The notes under the pieces were generated by a model that did no database searches, was not told the DNA's origin, and saw only the letters and a list, made by a program, of their open reading frames with translations. A DNA stretch of 64,000 nucleotides from Candidatus Pelagibacterales bacterium (GTDB taxonomy: Bacteria > Pseudomonadota > Alphaproteobacteria > Pelagibacterales > Pelagibacteraceae), in the NCBI GenBank assembly GCA_965235655.1, contig CBDDYU010000001.1, forward strand, positions 203,791-267,790, given 5' to 3'. Below, piece after piece: positions 55,934 to 64,000 of this stretch. The position numbers and the translations under genes were made by a program. Position 1 is the first letter of the stretch; each line of letters opens with the position of its first letter.

Positions 55934-57938
55934 AGTTAAAGTAGATGGAATAGAAATTGAAGTTGAGAATGGAACTACGGTTTTACAAGCTTGTGAAATA
56001 GCTGGAAAAGAAATTCCAAGATTTTGTTATCATGAAAAATTATCCATAGCAGGAAATTGTAGAATGTGTTTAGTAGAAATGGAAAAATCACCAAAGCCAG
56101 TTGCATCATGTGCAATGCCAGTAGCAGAAGGGCAAGTTATTTATACGAATACGCAAATGGTAAAAAAAGCAAGAGAAGGGGTAATGGAGTTCTTACTTAT
56201 TAATCACCCCCTTGACTGTCCAATATGCGATCAAGGCGGAGAGTGTGATTTACAAGATCAATCAATGAAGTTTGGTGGTGGTAATTCTCGATACGAATTA
56301 AATAAAAGATCAGTAAAAGAAAAATATATGGGTCCTTTAATTAAAACCCAAATGAACCGTTGTATTCACTGTACTCGATGTATTCGCTTTTCAGAGGAGT
56401 TAGCTGGTGTACCTGATTTAGGTGCAATAAATCGAGGTGAAAATATGGAGATTACTACTTTTCTTGAAAAAACAATTAATAGTGAGTTGTCAGCTAATGT
56501 AATAGATCTCTGTCCTGTAGGTGCATTAACATCAAGACCTTATGCATTTGAAGCAAGACCTTGGGAGCTAACAAAAACTGAAACCATTGATGTGATGGAT
56601 GCGGTTGGGTCCAATATTAGAGTTGATACTAAAGGCTGGGAGGTGAAAAGAATTTTACCTCGCACAAATGAAGAAATTAACGAAGAGTGGATTTCAGATA
56701 AAACAAGATATGCTTGTGATGGTCTGTTAAATAATAGGATAGATAGTCCTTTTGTACGAAAAAATGGAAAATTAATCGAGTGTTCTTGGGATGACGCATT
56801 TGTAGAAATTTCAAATCAAATTAACAAAACTGTTCGAGTAGGTGGAATAATTGGATCTACAGCTGATCTAGAGAGCATGTATGCTTTTAAACTTTTAATT
56901 AATAGTTTGGCAGGTTCAAATTCTATAGATTTTAGACAAAAAGATTTTTATTTTAATCCATCGCATCCTGGAAATTATTTATTCAATAGTTCAATTGAAG
57001 GAATTGATCATTCAGATTTGATTTTATTAATTGGCGCAAATCCTAGAATTGAAGCTACTATGGTTAATGCTAGAATTAGAAAAAATTATGCTCAAAAAAA
57101 ACTAGATATTTTTTCTATAGGCTTACCTGAAGATCAAACTTATAAAATTAATTTCTTGGGAGATAATTTAAGTATCTTAAGGGATATTCTAAATGAAAAA
57201 AATTCTTTTTTTGAAAAGTTAGCAAAAGCAAGAAAACCAATGTTTATTATTGGTGAGTCTGTTTTAAATTCGCTTCAAGGTCAATTTGTAATTGAAACTT
57301 CAAAATTAATTTTAAAAAAATATAATCAACTCAATGCTTTAAATATTCTTCATCAATCTGCCTCATCAGTTGGAGCTATAATGATAGGAGCTTATAATTT
57401 AATAGAAAATGTTGTTCAAAATGAAATTTTGTATTTGTTAGGAGCTGATGAAATTAACATCGATAAAAAAAATAAGTTTATTATTTATCAAGGATCACAT
57501 GCTAGTAAAAACGCAAAAATTGCTGATGTAATTTTACCAGGAGCAGCTTTTACTGAAAAAGATGGCCTGTATGTAAATCTCGAAGGAAGGGTTCAGTCAG
57601 CTTATAGGGCCTCATATCCTCCAGGAAATGCAAAAGAGGATTGGAAAATATTAAGAGCTTTGTCAGAAACGTTAAACAAAACCCTTAAATTTAATACAAT
57701 TGAGGAACTCAGAATTAAATTATTCGAGTCCTTTCCTTCATTATCAAAAATCGATGAACTGCCGATTATAGATTATTCCAATTTAGATATTAGTGAAAAA
57801 AAATTAGATTTAGACTCTGTAGTTCACTACCAATATCTTGATTATTATCAATCCAATGAAATTGCTAGATCATCAGCTACAATGATGGAATGTAAAATTG
57901 CAAGAGAAAAATTAAAAAAAACTGGAACTGATGATTAG
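55926..57938 (+). CDS. nuoG: NADH-quinone oxidoreductase subunit G, copy 2
   Basis: Differs from copy 1 by V->A, I->M and T->I, plus 9 synonymous changes. The ORF is intact. Confidence 0.9.
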   Translation: MPKVKVDGIEIEVENGTTVLQACEIAGKEIPRFCYHEKLSIAGNCRMCLVEMEKSPKPVASCAMPVAEGQVIYTNTQMVKKAREGVMEFLLINHPLDCPICDQGGECDLQDQSMKFGGGNSRYELNKRSVKEKYMGPLIKTQMNRCIHCTRCIRFSEELAGVPDLGAINRGENMEITTFLEKTINSELSANVIDLCPVGALTSRPYAFEARPWELTKTETIDVMDAVGSNIRVDTKGWEVKRILPRTNEEINEEWISDKTRYACDGLLNNRIDSPFVRKNGKLIECSWDDAFVEISNQINKTVRVGGIIGSTADLESMYAFKLLINSLAGSNSIDFRQKDFYFNPSHPGNYLFNSSIEGIDHSDLILLIGANPRIEATMVNARIRKNYAQKKLDIFSIGLPEDQTYKINFLGDNLSILRDILNEKNSFFEKLAKARKPMFIIGESVLNSLQGQFVIETSKLILKKYNQLNALNILHQSASSVGAIMIGAYNLIENVVQNEILYLLGADEINIDKKNKFIIYQGSHASKNAKIADVILPGAAFTEKDGLYVNLEGRVQSAYRASYPPGNAKEDWKILRALSETLNKTLKFNTIEELRIKLFESFPSLSKIDELPIIDYSNLDISEKKLDLDSVVHYQYLDYYQSNEIARSSATMMECKIAREKLKKTGTDD

Positions 57939-58932
57939 TGAATATTTAAATATAATATTTTTTGATAGCTTAAAAATTTTAGCTTTACTAATGCCAGTGT
58001 TAATTGCTGTTGCATTAATCGTTTGGGTTGATCGAAGAGTTTGGGGTTTGGTACAACTTAGAAAAGGTCCAAATGTAGTTGGTCCTTTTGGTTTATTACA
58101 AACAGCAGCTGATGCACTGAAATATATTTTTAAAGAAATTATTATTCCTGCTGGAGCAAATAAGGTTATTTTTGTTTTAGCTCCAGTTGTTACAATGTCA
58201 CTTGCTCTATTAGCTTGGGCGGTAATACCTTTTGGTGAAAATCTTTATGTAACTAATATTAATGTAGGTATTCTATATTTATTCGCTGTTTCATCTCTCG
58301 GTGTATATGGAATAATTATGGCTGGCTGGGCATCGAATTCTAAATATCCTTTTTTAGGTGCCTTAAGATCAGCTGCACAAATGGTTTCATATGAAGTTTC
58401 TATAGGTTTTATTATTGTTACAGTGTTGTTGTGCGTAGGTTCATTAAACTTAGTGGATATTGTGGTTGCTCAAAAAAAAATATGGTTTGCTATTCCTTTA
58501 TTTCCAATGTTTGTAATTTTTTTTATTTCTGCACTTGCAGAAACAAACAGACCTCCATTTGATTTGCCAGAGGCGGAAGCGGAATTAGTTTCTGGATATC
58601 AAACTGAGTACTCAGGAATGATGTATGCATTATTTTGGCTAGGTGAATATGCAAATATTCTTCTTATGTGTGCCCTAGGTTCAATTTTGTTTTTAGGCGG
58701 GTGGTTACCACCACTTGATATCTCACCTTTTAATTTAATACCTTCACCGATATGGTTAATTTTAAAAATTTTATTACTTTTTTTTGTTTTTGCATTGGTT
58801 AAGGCAATAGTACCTCGATATAGATATGATCAATTAATGAGATTAGGATGGAAAGTATTTTTACCTATTTCGTTATTATGGGTAATATTAACCTCATCTG
58901 TGTTATTTTACTTTAACCTTCTACCTAATTAA
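57931..58932 (+). CDS. nuoH: NADH-quinone oxidoreductase subunit H, copy 2
   Basis: Protein identical to copy 1, with 4 synonymous differences. Confidence 0.9.
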   Translation: MISEYLNIIFFDSLKILALLMPVLIAVALIVWVDRRVWGLVQLRKGPNVVGPFGLLQTAADALKYIFKEIIIPAGANKVIFVLAPVVTMSLALLAWAVIPFGENLYVTNINVGILYLFAVSSLGVYGIIMAGWASNSKYPFLGALRSAAQMVSYEVSIGFIIVTVLLCVGSLNLVDIVVAQKKIWFAIPLFPMFVIFFISALAETNRPPFDLPEAEAELVSGYQTEYSGMMYALFWLGEYANILLMCALGSILFLGGWLPPLDISPFNLIPSPIWLILKILLLFFVFALVKAIVPRYRYDQLMRLGWKVFLPISLLWVILTSSVLFYFNLLPN

Positions 58933-58934
58933 TT

Positions 58935-59420
58935 ATGAAATTTAGTCGAATTATTAAAACAGTCTTTTTATTAGAATTTGTTAAAGGATTATTGTTGGCA
59001 ATTAAGTATATGTTTAAACCTAAAGCTACAGTCAACTATCCATTTGAAAAAGGACCGTTAAGTCCAAGATTTAGAGGCGAACATGCATTAAGAAGATATC
59101 CAAATGGAGAGGAGAGATGTATAGCCTGCAAATTATGCGAAGCCATTTGCCCCGCCCAAGCAATTACAATTGATGCAGAGCTTAAAGAAGATGGCTCAAG
59201 AAAAACAACTCGTTATGACATTGATATGGTTAAATGTATTTACTGTGGTTTGTGTCAAGAGGCTTGCCCAGTAGATGCAATTGTTCAGGGTCCAAACTTC
59301 GAATTCTCAACCGAAACTAAAGAGGAATTATATTACAATAAAGAAAAACTTTTAGATAACGGTGATCGATGGGAGAAAGAAATAGCTCATAATATAAAAA
59401 CAGATAAATCCTATAGATAA
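58935..59420 (+). CDS. nuoI: NADH-quinone oxidoreductase subunit I, copy 2
   Basis: One V->I difference and one synonymous change relative to copy 1. Confidence 0.9.
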   Translation: MKFSRIIKTVFLLEFVKGLLLAIKYMFKPKATVNYPFEKGPLSPRFRGEHALRRYPNGEERCIACKLCEAICPAQAITIDAELKEDGSRKTTRYDIDMVKCIYCGLCQEACPVDAIVQGPNFEFSTETKEELYYNKEKLLDNGDRWEKEIAHNIKTDKSYR

Positions 59421-59422
59421 CA

Positions 59423-60040
59423 ATGTTAGCGCACGCAATTATTTTTTACTTTTTTTCTTTTGTAGTAATAGCTTCTTCGGTGATGGTTATATCATCAAAA
59501 AACACAGTGCATGCTGTTTTCTTTTTAATATTAGATTTTGTAAGTGTTGCTTGTCTTTTTATAATGCTTGGAGCAGAATTTTTAGGAATGATAACCTTAA
59601 TTGTTTATGTTGGAGCAGTTGCGGTGTTGTTTTTGTTCGTTGTTATGATGATTAATATTAATTTTTCAGAACTAAAAACTGGATTTTTAGATTATTTGCC
59701 ATTTGGAATGTTGATTGGAGTTGTCATTTTTATTGAATTAGTAATGATGATAAGTGCATGGAAATATAAAGCTGAATTTATTGTTACCAAAAAAATAGCC
59801 AAACCACTCGTGAGTAATACTGAAAGTCTTGGAATGATTATTTACACAGATTATATTTTATTTTTTCAAATTTCGGGTTTGATTTTATTAGTAGCAATGA
59901 TTGGAGCAATCGTTTTAACATTTAGAAGGAAAGATTCTTTAAGAAGGCAGGATATAACTACTCAAGTTTCCAGAGAAAGAGACGAATCTGTTGAATTGCG
60001 AGATGTTCCAAATTTTAAAGGTGTTAAAATTAATGATTGA
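59423..60040 (+). CDS. nuoJ: NADH-quinone oxidoreductase subunit J, copy 2
   Basis: Identical to copy 1. Confidence 0.9.
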   Translation: MLAHAIIFYFFSFVVIASSVMVISSKNTVHAVFFLILDFVSVACLFIMLGAEFLGMITLIVYVGAVAVLFLFVVMMININFSELKTGFLDYLPFGMLIGVVIFIELVMMISAWKYKAEFIVTKKIAKPLVSNTESLGMIIYTDYILFFQISGLILLVAMIGAIVLTFRRKDSLRRQDITTQVSRERDESVELRDVPNFKGVKIND

Positions 60041-60344
60041 AATTACTTTAGCTCACTATCTTTTTTTATCAGCTGTAGTTTTTACTATAGGAATTATAGG
60101 AATTTTTTTAAATCGAAAAAATGTAATTGTTATTTTAATGTCAGTTGAACTTATATTAATAGCAGTAAATATAAATTTAGTTTCGTTTTCAGTTTATTTA
60201 AATGATTTAGTAGGACAGGTATTTACCATGTTTGTTTTAACTGTTGCCGCTGCAGAAGCGGCAATAGGCCTAGCTATATTAGTTGTTTTTTTTAGAAACA
60301 AAGGAAGCATTCACGTTGAGGATATAAATTCTCTAAAGGGTTAA
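60033..60344 (+). CDS. nuoK: NADH-quinone oxidoreductase subunit K, copy 2
   Basis: Protein identical to copy 1, with 1 synonymous difference. Confidence 0.9.
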   Translation: MIEITLAHYLFLSAVVFTIGIIGIFLNRKNVIVILMSVELILIAVNINLVSFSVYLNDLVGQVFTMFVLTVAAAEAAIGLAILVVFFRNKGSIHVEDINSLKG

Positions 60345-60346
60345 TT

Positions 60347-62257
60347 ATGGCTTATTTACTTATTTTTTTACCGTTAGTAGCTTCTTTTGTAGCCGGTTTT
60401 TTTGGTAGATCGCTCGGTGATAAGAAGTCCCAATTAATAACTTGCTCAGCTGTAACTATATCGGCTTTAATCTCCATCTATTATTTTTTTGATGTTGCCT
60501 TAGGAAAACAAATTTACAACTATAAAATAATTAATTGGATAAGTTCTGATAAATTAATTTTAAATTGGTCAATTTATATTGATACTTTGACCTCAGTGAT
60601 GCTGGTAGTTGTTACTAGTGTTTCTGCATTGGTTCATATTTATTCTATTGGATACATGAGTCATGATCCAGACAAGCCAAGGTTTATGTCTTACTTATCG
60701 TTATTTACTTTTATGATGTTAATGTTAGTGACATCAGATAATTTTTTACAATTATTCTTTGGCTGGGAAGGAGTTGGTCTTGCCTCTTATTTATTAATAG
60801 GGTTTTGGTTTAAAAAACCATCCGCAAACGCTGCAGCAATAAAAGCATTTGTAGTTAATAGAGTAGGAGATTTTGGTTTAGCAATTGGAATTTTTCTTCT
60901 TTTTAAATACCTTGGTACACTAAATTTTTCTGAAGTATTTCAACAAATATCTTCTTTGCAAAATGAAAAATTATCCATGTTAGGTATGGAAGGTTCTTTG
61001 ATTACTTTTATTTGTGTTTTTTTATTTATCGGTGCAATGGGAAAGTCTGCACAAATAGTTTTGCACACATGGTTACCAGACGCCATGGAGGGACCAACTC
61101 CAGTATCGGCCCTTATTCATGCTGCCACAATGGTTACAGCTGGAGTTTTTTTAGTTGTAAGATGTTCTCCAATTTTTGAATATTCTCAATTTGCATTAAA
61201 TCTAATTGTTTTTATTGGTGCAACCACTGCTTTTTTTGCAGCAACAATCGGTTTAGTTCAAAATGATATCAAAAGAGTTATTGCTTATTCTACTTGTAGC
61301 CAGTTAGGTTACATGTTTTTTGCAGCAGGATTGGGCGCTTATCATATTGCAATATTTCATTTATTTACCCATGCTTTTTTTAAAGCTTTGCTTTTTTTAG
61401 GAGCGGGATCTGTAATACATGCTTTTCACGAGGAACAAGATATGCGTAACATGGGAGGCGTTTGGAAAAAAATTCCTTACACTTATGCTTTAATGATCAT
61501 TGGAACTCTCGCATTAACAGGATTTCCATTTCTTGCTGGTTTTTATTCTAAAGACGCAATTATTGAAGTTGCATTTCAATCTAAATCAATTTTAGCAAAT
61601 TATGCCTTATTTATTGGTATTTTTACTGCATTCATGACTTCATTATATTCATGGAGATTAATTTTTAAAACATTTCATGGAAATTTCAGAAACAAAAATA
61701 TCGATTTATCTAAAGTTCATGAGTCACCTTTTGTGATGTTATTGCCATTGGTAGGCTTATCCATTGGTGCAATATTTTCAGGATTTGTTTTTAAAGATTA
61801 TTTTATTGGAAGTTATTTCATGGAATTTTGGAATAATTCTATTTTCTTTATGAAGCAATTTACATTGAATCATCCTCCTTTGTGGTTTTTATTAATTACG
61901 CCAACTTTAGTCTTGGCCGCAATACCTATTGCATATTATTTATTTGTTAAAAATGAAAATTTCCTAAAGCAATTTATTGATACAAATAAACCTTTATATA
62001 ATTTTTTATTGAACAAATGGTATTTTGATGAGTTATATGATTTTATTTTTGTTAATCCTGCAAAAAAAATTGGAAAATTTTTTTGGAATATAGGAGATAT
62101 ATTAATTATAGATGGTTTTGGTCCTAATGGATTTGCAAAGATAGTTAAATTAGTTTCTGATAGAGCAGTACAATTTCAAAGTGGTTTTTTATATCACTAT
62201 GCTTTTGTAATACTTATAGGTTTATCTATTTTATTAACATACATCATTATTTTTTAA
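60347..62257 (+). CDS. nuoL: NADH-quinone oxidoreductase subunit L
   Basis: 636-aa ND5-like antiporter-type subunit (WLPDAMEGPTPVSALIHAATMV), single copy. Confidence 0.95.
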   Translation: MAYLLIFLPLVASFVAGFFGRSLGDKKSQLITCSAVTISALISIYYFFDVALGKQIYNYKIINWISSDKLILNWSIYIDTLTSVMLVVVTSVSALVHIYSIGYMSHDPDKPRFMSYLSLFTFMMLMLVTSDNFLQLFFGWEGVGLASYLLIGFWFKKPSANAAAIKAFVVNRVGDFGLAIGIFLLFKYLGTLNFSEVFQQISSLQNEKLSMLGMEGSLITFICVFLFIGAMGKSAQIVLHTWLPDAMEGPTPVSALIHAATMVTAGVFLVVRCSPIFEYSQFALNLIVFIGATTAFFAATIGLVQNDIKRVIAYSTCSQLGYMFFAAGLGAYHIAIFHLFTHAFFKALLFLGAGSVIHAFHEEQDMRNMGGVWKKIPYTYALMIIGTLALTGFPFLAGFYSKDAIIEVAFQSKSILANYALFIGIFTAFMTSLYSWRLIFKTFHGNFRNKNIDLSKVHESPFVMLLPLVGLSIGAIFSGFVFKDYFIGSYFMEFWNNSIFFMKQFTLNHPPLWFLLITPTLVLAAIPIAYYLFVKNENFLKQFIDTNKPLYNFLLNKWYFDELYDFIFVNPAKKIGKFFWNIGDILIIDGFGPNGFAKIVKLVSDRAVQFQSGFLYHYAFVILIGLSILLTYIIIF

Positions 62258-62260
62258 TTT

Positions 62261-63763
62261 ATGAATTTTCCGATTTTATCAATAATTATTTTTTTACCAT
62301 TGGTAGGCGTACTTTTTATTTTATTGAATAGCGGAGATGAAATAAAAGTTAAAAAAACTAGCTTTAGAGTTTCTCTACTAACATCATTGCTTGTTTTTAT
62401 AATGTCACTTTTTTTGTGGTTACAATTTGATAACACAACAAAAGATTTTCAATTTGTTGAAAATAAAAAATGGATTGTAGACTTTATTAATTATAGGGTC
62501 GGTGTCGACGGTATCTCAATTCTATTTGTTGTTTTAACTGCTTTTATAACTCCAATTTGTATTGTTGCCACTTACAATAGCGTAACAAATAGAACAAAAG
62601 ATTTTTTTATTGCTTTGCTGGTCATGGAAACAATGATGCTAGGTGTTTTTTGTTCTTTAGATTTATTTATTTTTTATTTATTTTTTGAGGCAGGCTTAAT
62701 TCCAATGTTTTTAATCGTTGGGATTTGGGGTGGTATAAGAAGAGTTTATGCAGCCTTTAAGTTTTTCTTGTACACGCTTTTTGGTTCTGTGTTTATGCTT
62801 GTTGCAATTATTTTTATATATTTAGAAACCGGCACTACTGATATTCAAACAATTTTATCTTTTAATATTGATCAAAAATATCAATATTGGTTATGGCTTG
62901 GTTTTTTTGCTTCTTTTGCAGTTAAAACTCCCATGTGGCCTGTACATACTTGGTTACCAGACGCACACGTTGAAGCACCAACTTCTGGTTCAGTTATTCT
63001 TGCAGCAATTTTATTAAAAATGGCTGGATATGGTTTTATTAGATTTTCATTAGGATTTTTTCCAATTGCATCAGCTTATTTTGCCCCTCTTATTTTTGCT
63101 TTGAGCATTGTTGCCGTAATTTACACTTCCTTAGTTGCATTGATGCAAAAAGATATGAAAAAATTAATTGCTTATTCGTCTGTAGCTCATATGGGTTTTG
63201 TTACTATTGGTATTTTTGCTTTTAATTCACAAGGAATAGAAGGAAGTATATTCCAAATGATTAGCCATGGAATTGTGTCTGCAGCATTATTTTTATGCGT
63301 AGGAGTTGTTTACGACCGAATGCATACCAGAGAAATTTCAGAATATGGTGGAGTGGTTAATACGATGCCAAGATATTCAGTTATTTTTTTAGTATTTATT
63401 CTTGCAGGCTTAGGTCTTCCCGGAACAAGTGGATTTGTTGGAGAGTTTTTGGTTTTGATAGGTGCTTTTAAAGCAAATTATTTAGTTGCTTTTTTTGCTG
63501 CTACAGGAGTCGTATTATCAGCATGCTATAGTTTGTGGCTTTATAGAAGAGTAATATTTGGTGCCGTCGCAAATGATAATGTAAAATTATTGAAAGAAAT
63601 AAACAAAACTGAATTAGCGACACTTTTGCCTTTAGTTTTTTTAACTATTTTACTTGGCGTTTTTCCAAATATTATTTTAGATACAATCTCAGTCAGTGTG
63701 GAGAATGTTATTTCTGTCTATAATGAAAAATTACTAATCTTAAAACAGGCCTCTATTAAATAA
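62261..63763 (+). CDS. nuoM: NADH-quinone oxidoreductase subunit M
   Basis: 500-aa ND4-like subunit with WLPDAHVEAPTSGSVILAAILLK. Confidence 0.95.
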   Translation: MNFPILSIIIFLPLVGVLFILLNSGDEIKVKKTSFRVSLLTSLLVFIMSLFLWLQFDNTTKDFQFVENKKWIVDFINYRVGVDGISILFVVLTAFITPICIVATYNSVTNRTKDFFIALLVMETMMLGVFCSLDLFIFYLFFEAGLIPMFLIVGIWGGIRRVYAAFKFFLYTLFGSVFMLVAIIFIYLETGTTDIQTILSFNIDQKYQYWLWLGFFASFAVKTPMWPVHTWLPDAHVEAPTSGSVILAAILLKMAGYGFIRFSLGFFPIASAYFAPLIFALSIVAVIYTSLVALMQKDMKKLIAYSSVAHMGFVTIGIFAFNSQGIEGSIFQMISHGIVSAALFLCVGVVYDRMHTREISEYGGVVNTMPRYSVIFLVFILAGLGLPGTSGFVGEFLVLIGAFKANYLVAFFAATGVVLSACYSLWLYRRVIFGAVANDNVKLLKEINKTELATLLPLVFLTILLGVFPNIILDTISVSVENVISVYNEKLLILKQASIK

Positions 63764-64000
63764 ATGGAAAACTTAAATTTAATTTATCCTGAAATTTTTT
63801 TATCTCTACTTACTATAGGTTTATTAATGCTGGGTGTTTTTAAGAAAAATAGTTTTAATCTAATAATAAGATTTTCAAGCATAGGCCTATTATTACTTAT
63901 ACCTGTTGTTTATATTAACAATGACATAAGTAACGAATTATTTTCACAAAATTATCTAGTAGATTCTTTTTCTATATTTATGAAAATTCTTATTTTGGGT
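63764..64000 (+). CDS. nuoN: NADH-quinone oxidoreductase subunit N, N-terminal part (runs off window)
   Basis: ATG 63764 immediately follows the nuoM stop. MENLNLIYPEIFLSLLTIGLLMLGVF is a hydrophobic ND2-like start in the operon position. Confidence 0.8.
   Translation, partial: MENLNLIYPEIFLSLLTIGLLMLGVFKKNSFNLIIRFSSIGLLLLIPVVYINNDISNELFSQNYLVDSFSIFMKILILG

Overview
Very AT-rich, tightly packed bacterial chromosome segment; many neighbouring genes overlap by 1-16 nt. The gene content and order are alphaproteobacterial housekeeping: acpP-gmk, lptD-surA-pdxA-rsmA, pepA<>lptFG, ndk, purNM, hda, rnd, aspS, an NDUFA12 homologue, accBC-aroQ, thiSG, rne<>mrcA-prfB, tyrS, anmK, a sufBCDS Fe-S cluster, nadK, zapE, tRNA-Thr and a 14-subunit nuo (Complex I) operon. 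Composition and synteny suggest a streamlined SAR11/Pelagibacterales-like organism. That is an inference; no search was possible. I saw no mobile elements, CRISPR arrays, rRNA or obvious defence or secondary-metabolite loci. Two things stand out. (1) The nuo operon contains a head-to-tail 8,291-bp tandem duplication (43795..52085 and 52086..60376). The resulting order is nuoA-B-C-D-E-F-G-H-I-J-K-[nuoL codons 1-10 fused in frame to the last 65 codons of nuoB]-C-D-E-F-G-H-I-J-K-L-M-N. The copies differ by 23 substitutions counted by eye: 19 synonymous, 4 nonsynonymous, no indels, and none in the first 2.39 kb of the unit. (2) Frame-disrupting indels are numerous and strongly clustered in three blocks (about 2.3-9.6 kb, 19.2-22.3 kb and 33.0-41.1 kb). 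These blocks hit essential genes: lptD, lptF, pdxA, pepA, aroQ, thiSG, rne, and sufB/D/S/U/E plus the A-type Fe-S carrier, nadK and zapE. The intervening blocks and the entire 21-kb nuo region are clean. This points more to uneven sequence quality than to real gene decay, and it also raises the question of whether the duplication is biological or an assembly product. prfB shows the canonical programmed +1 frameshift site.
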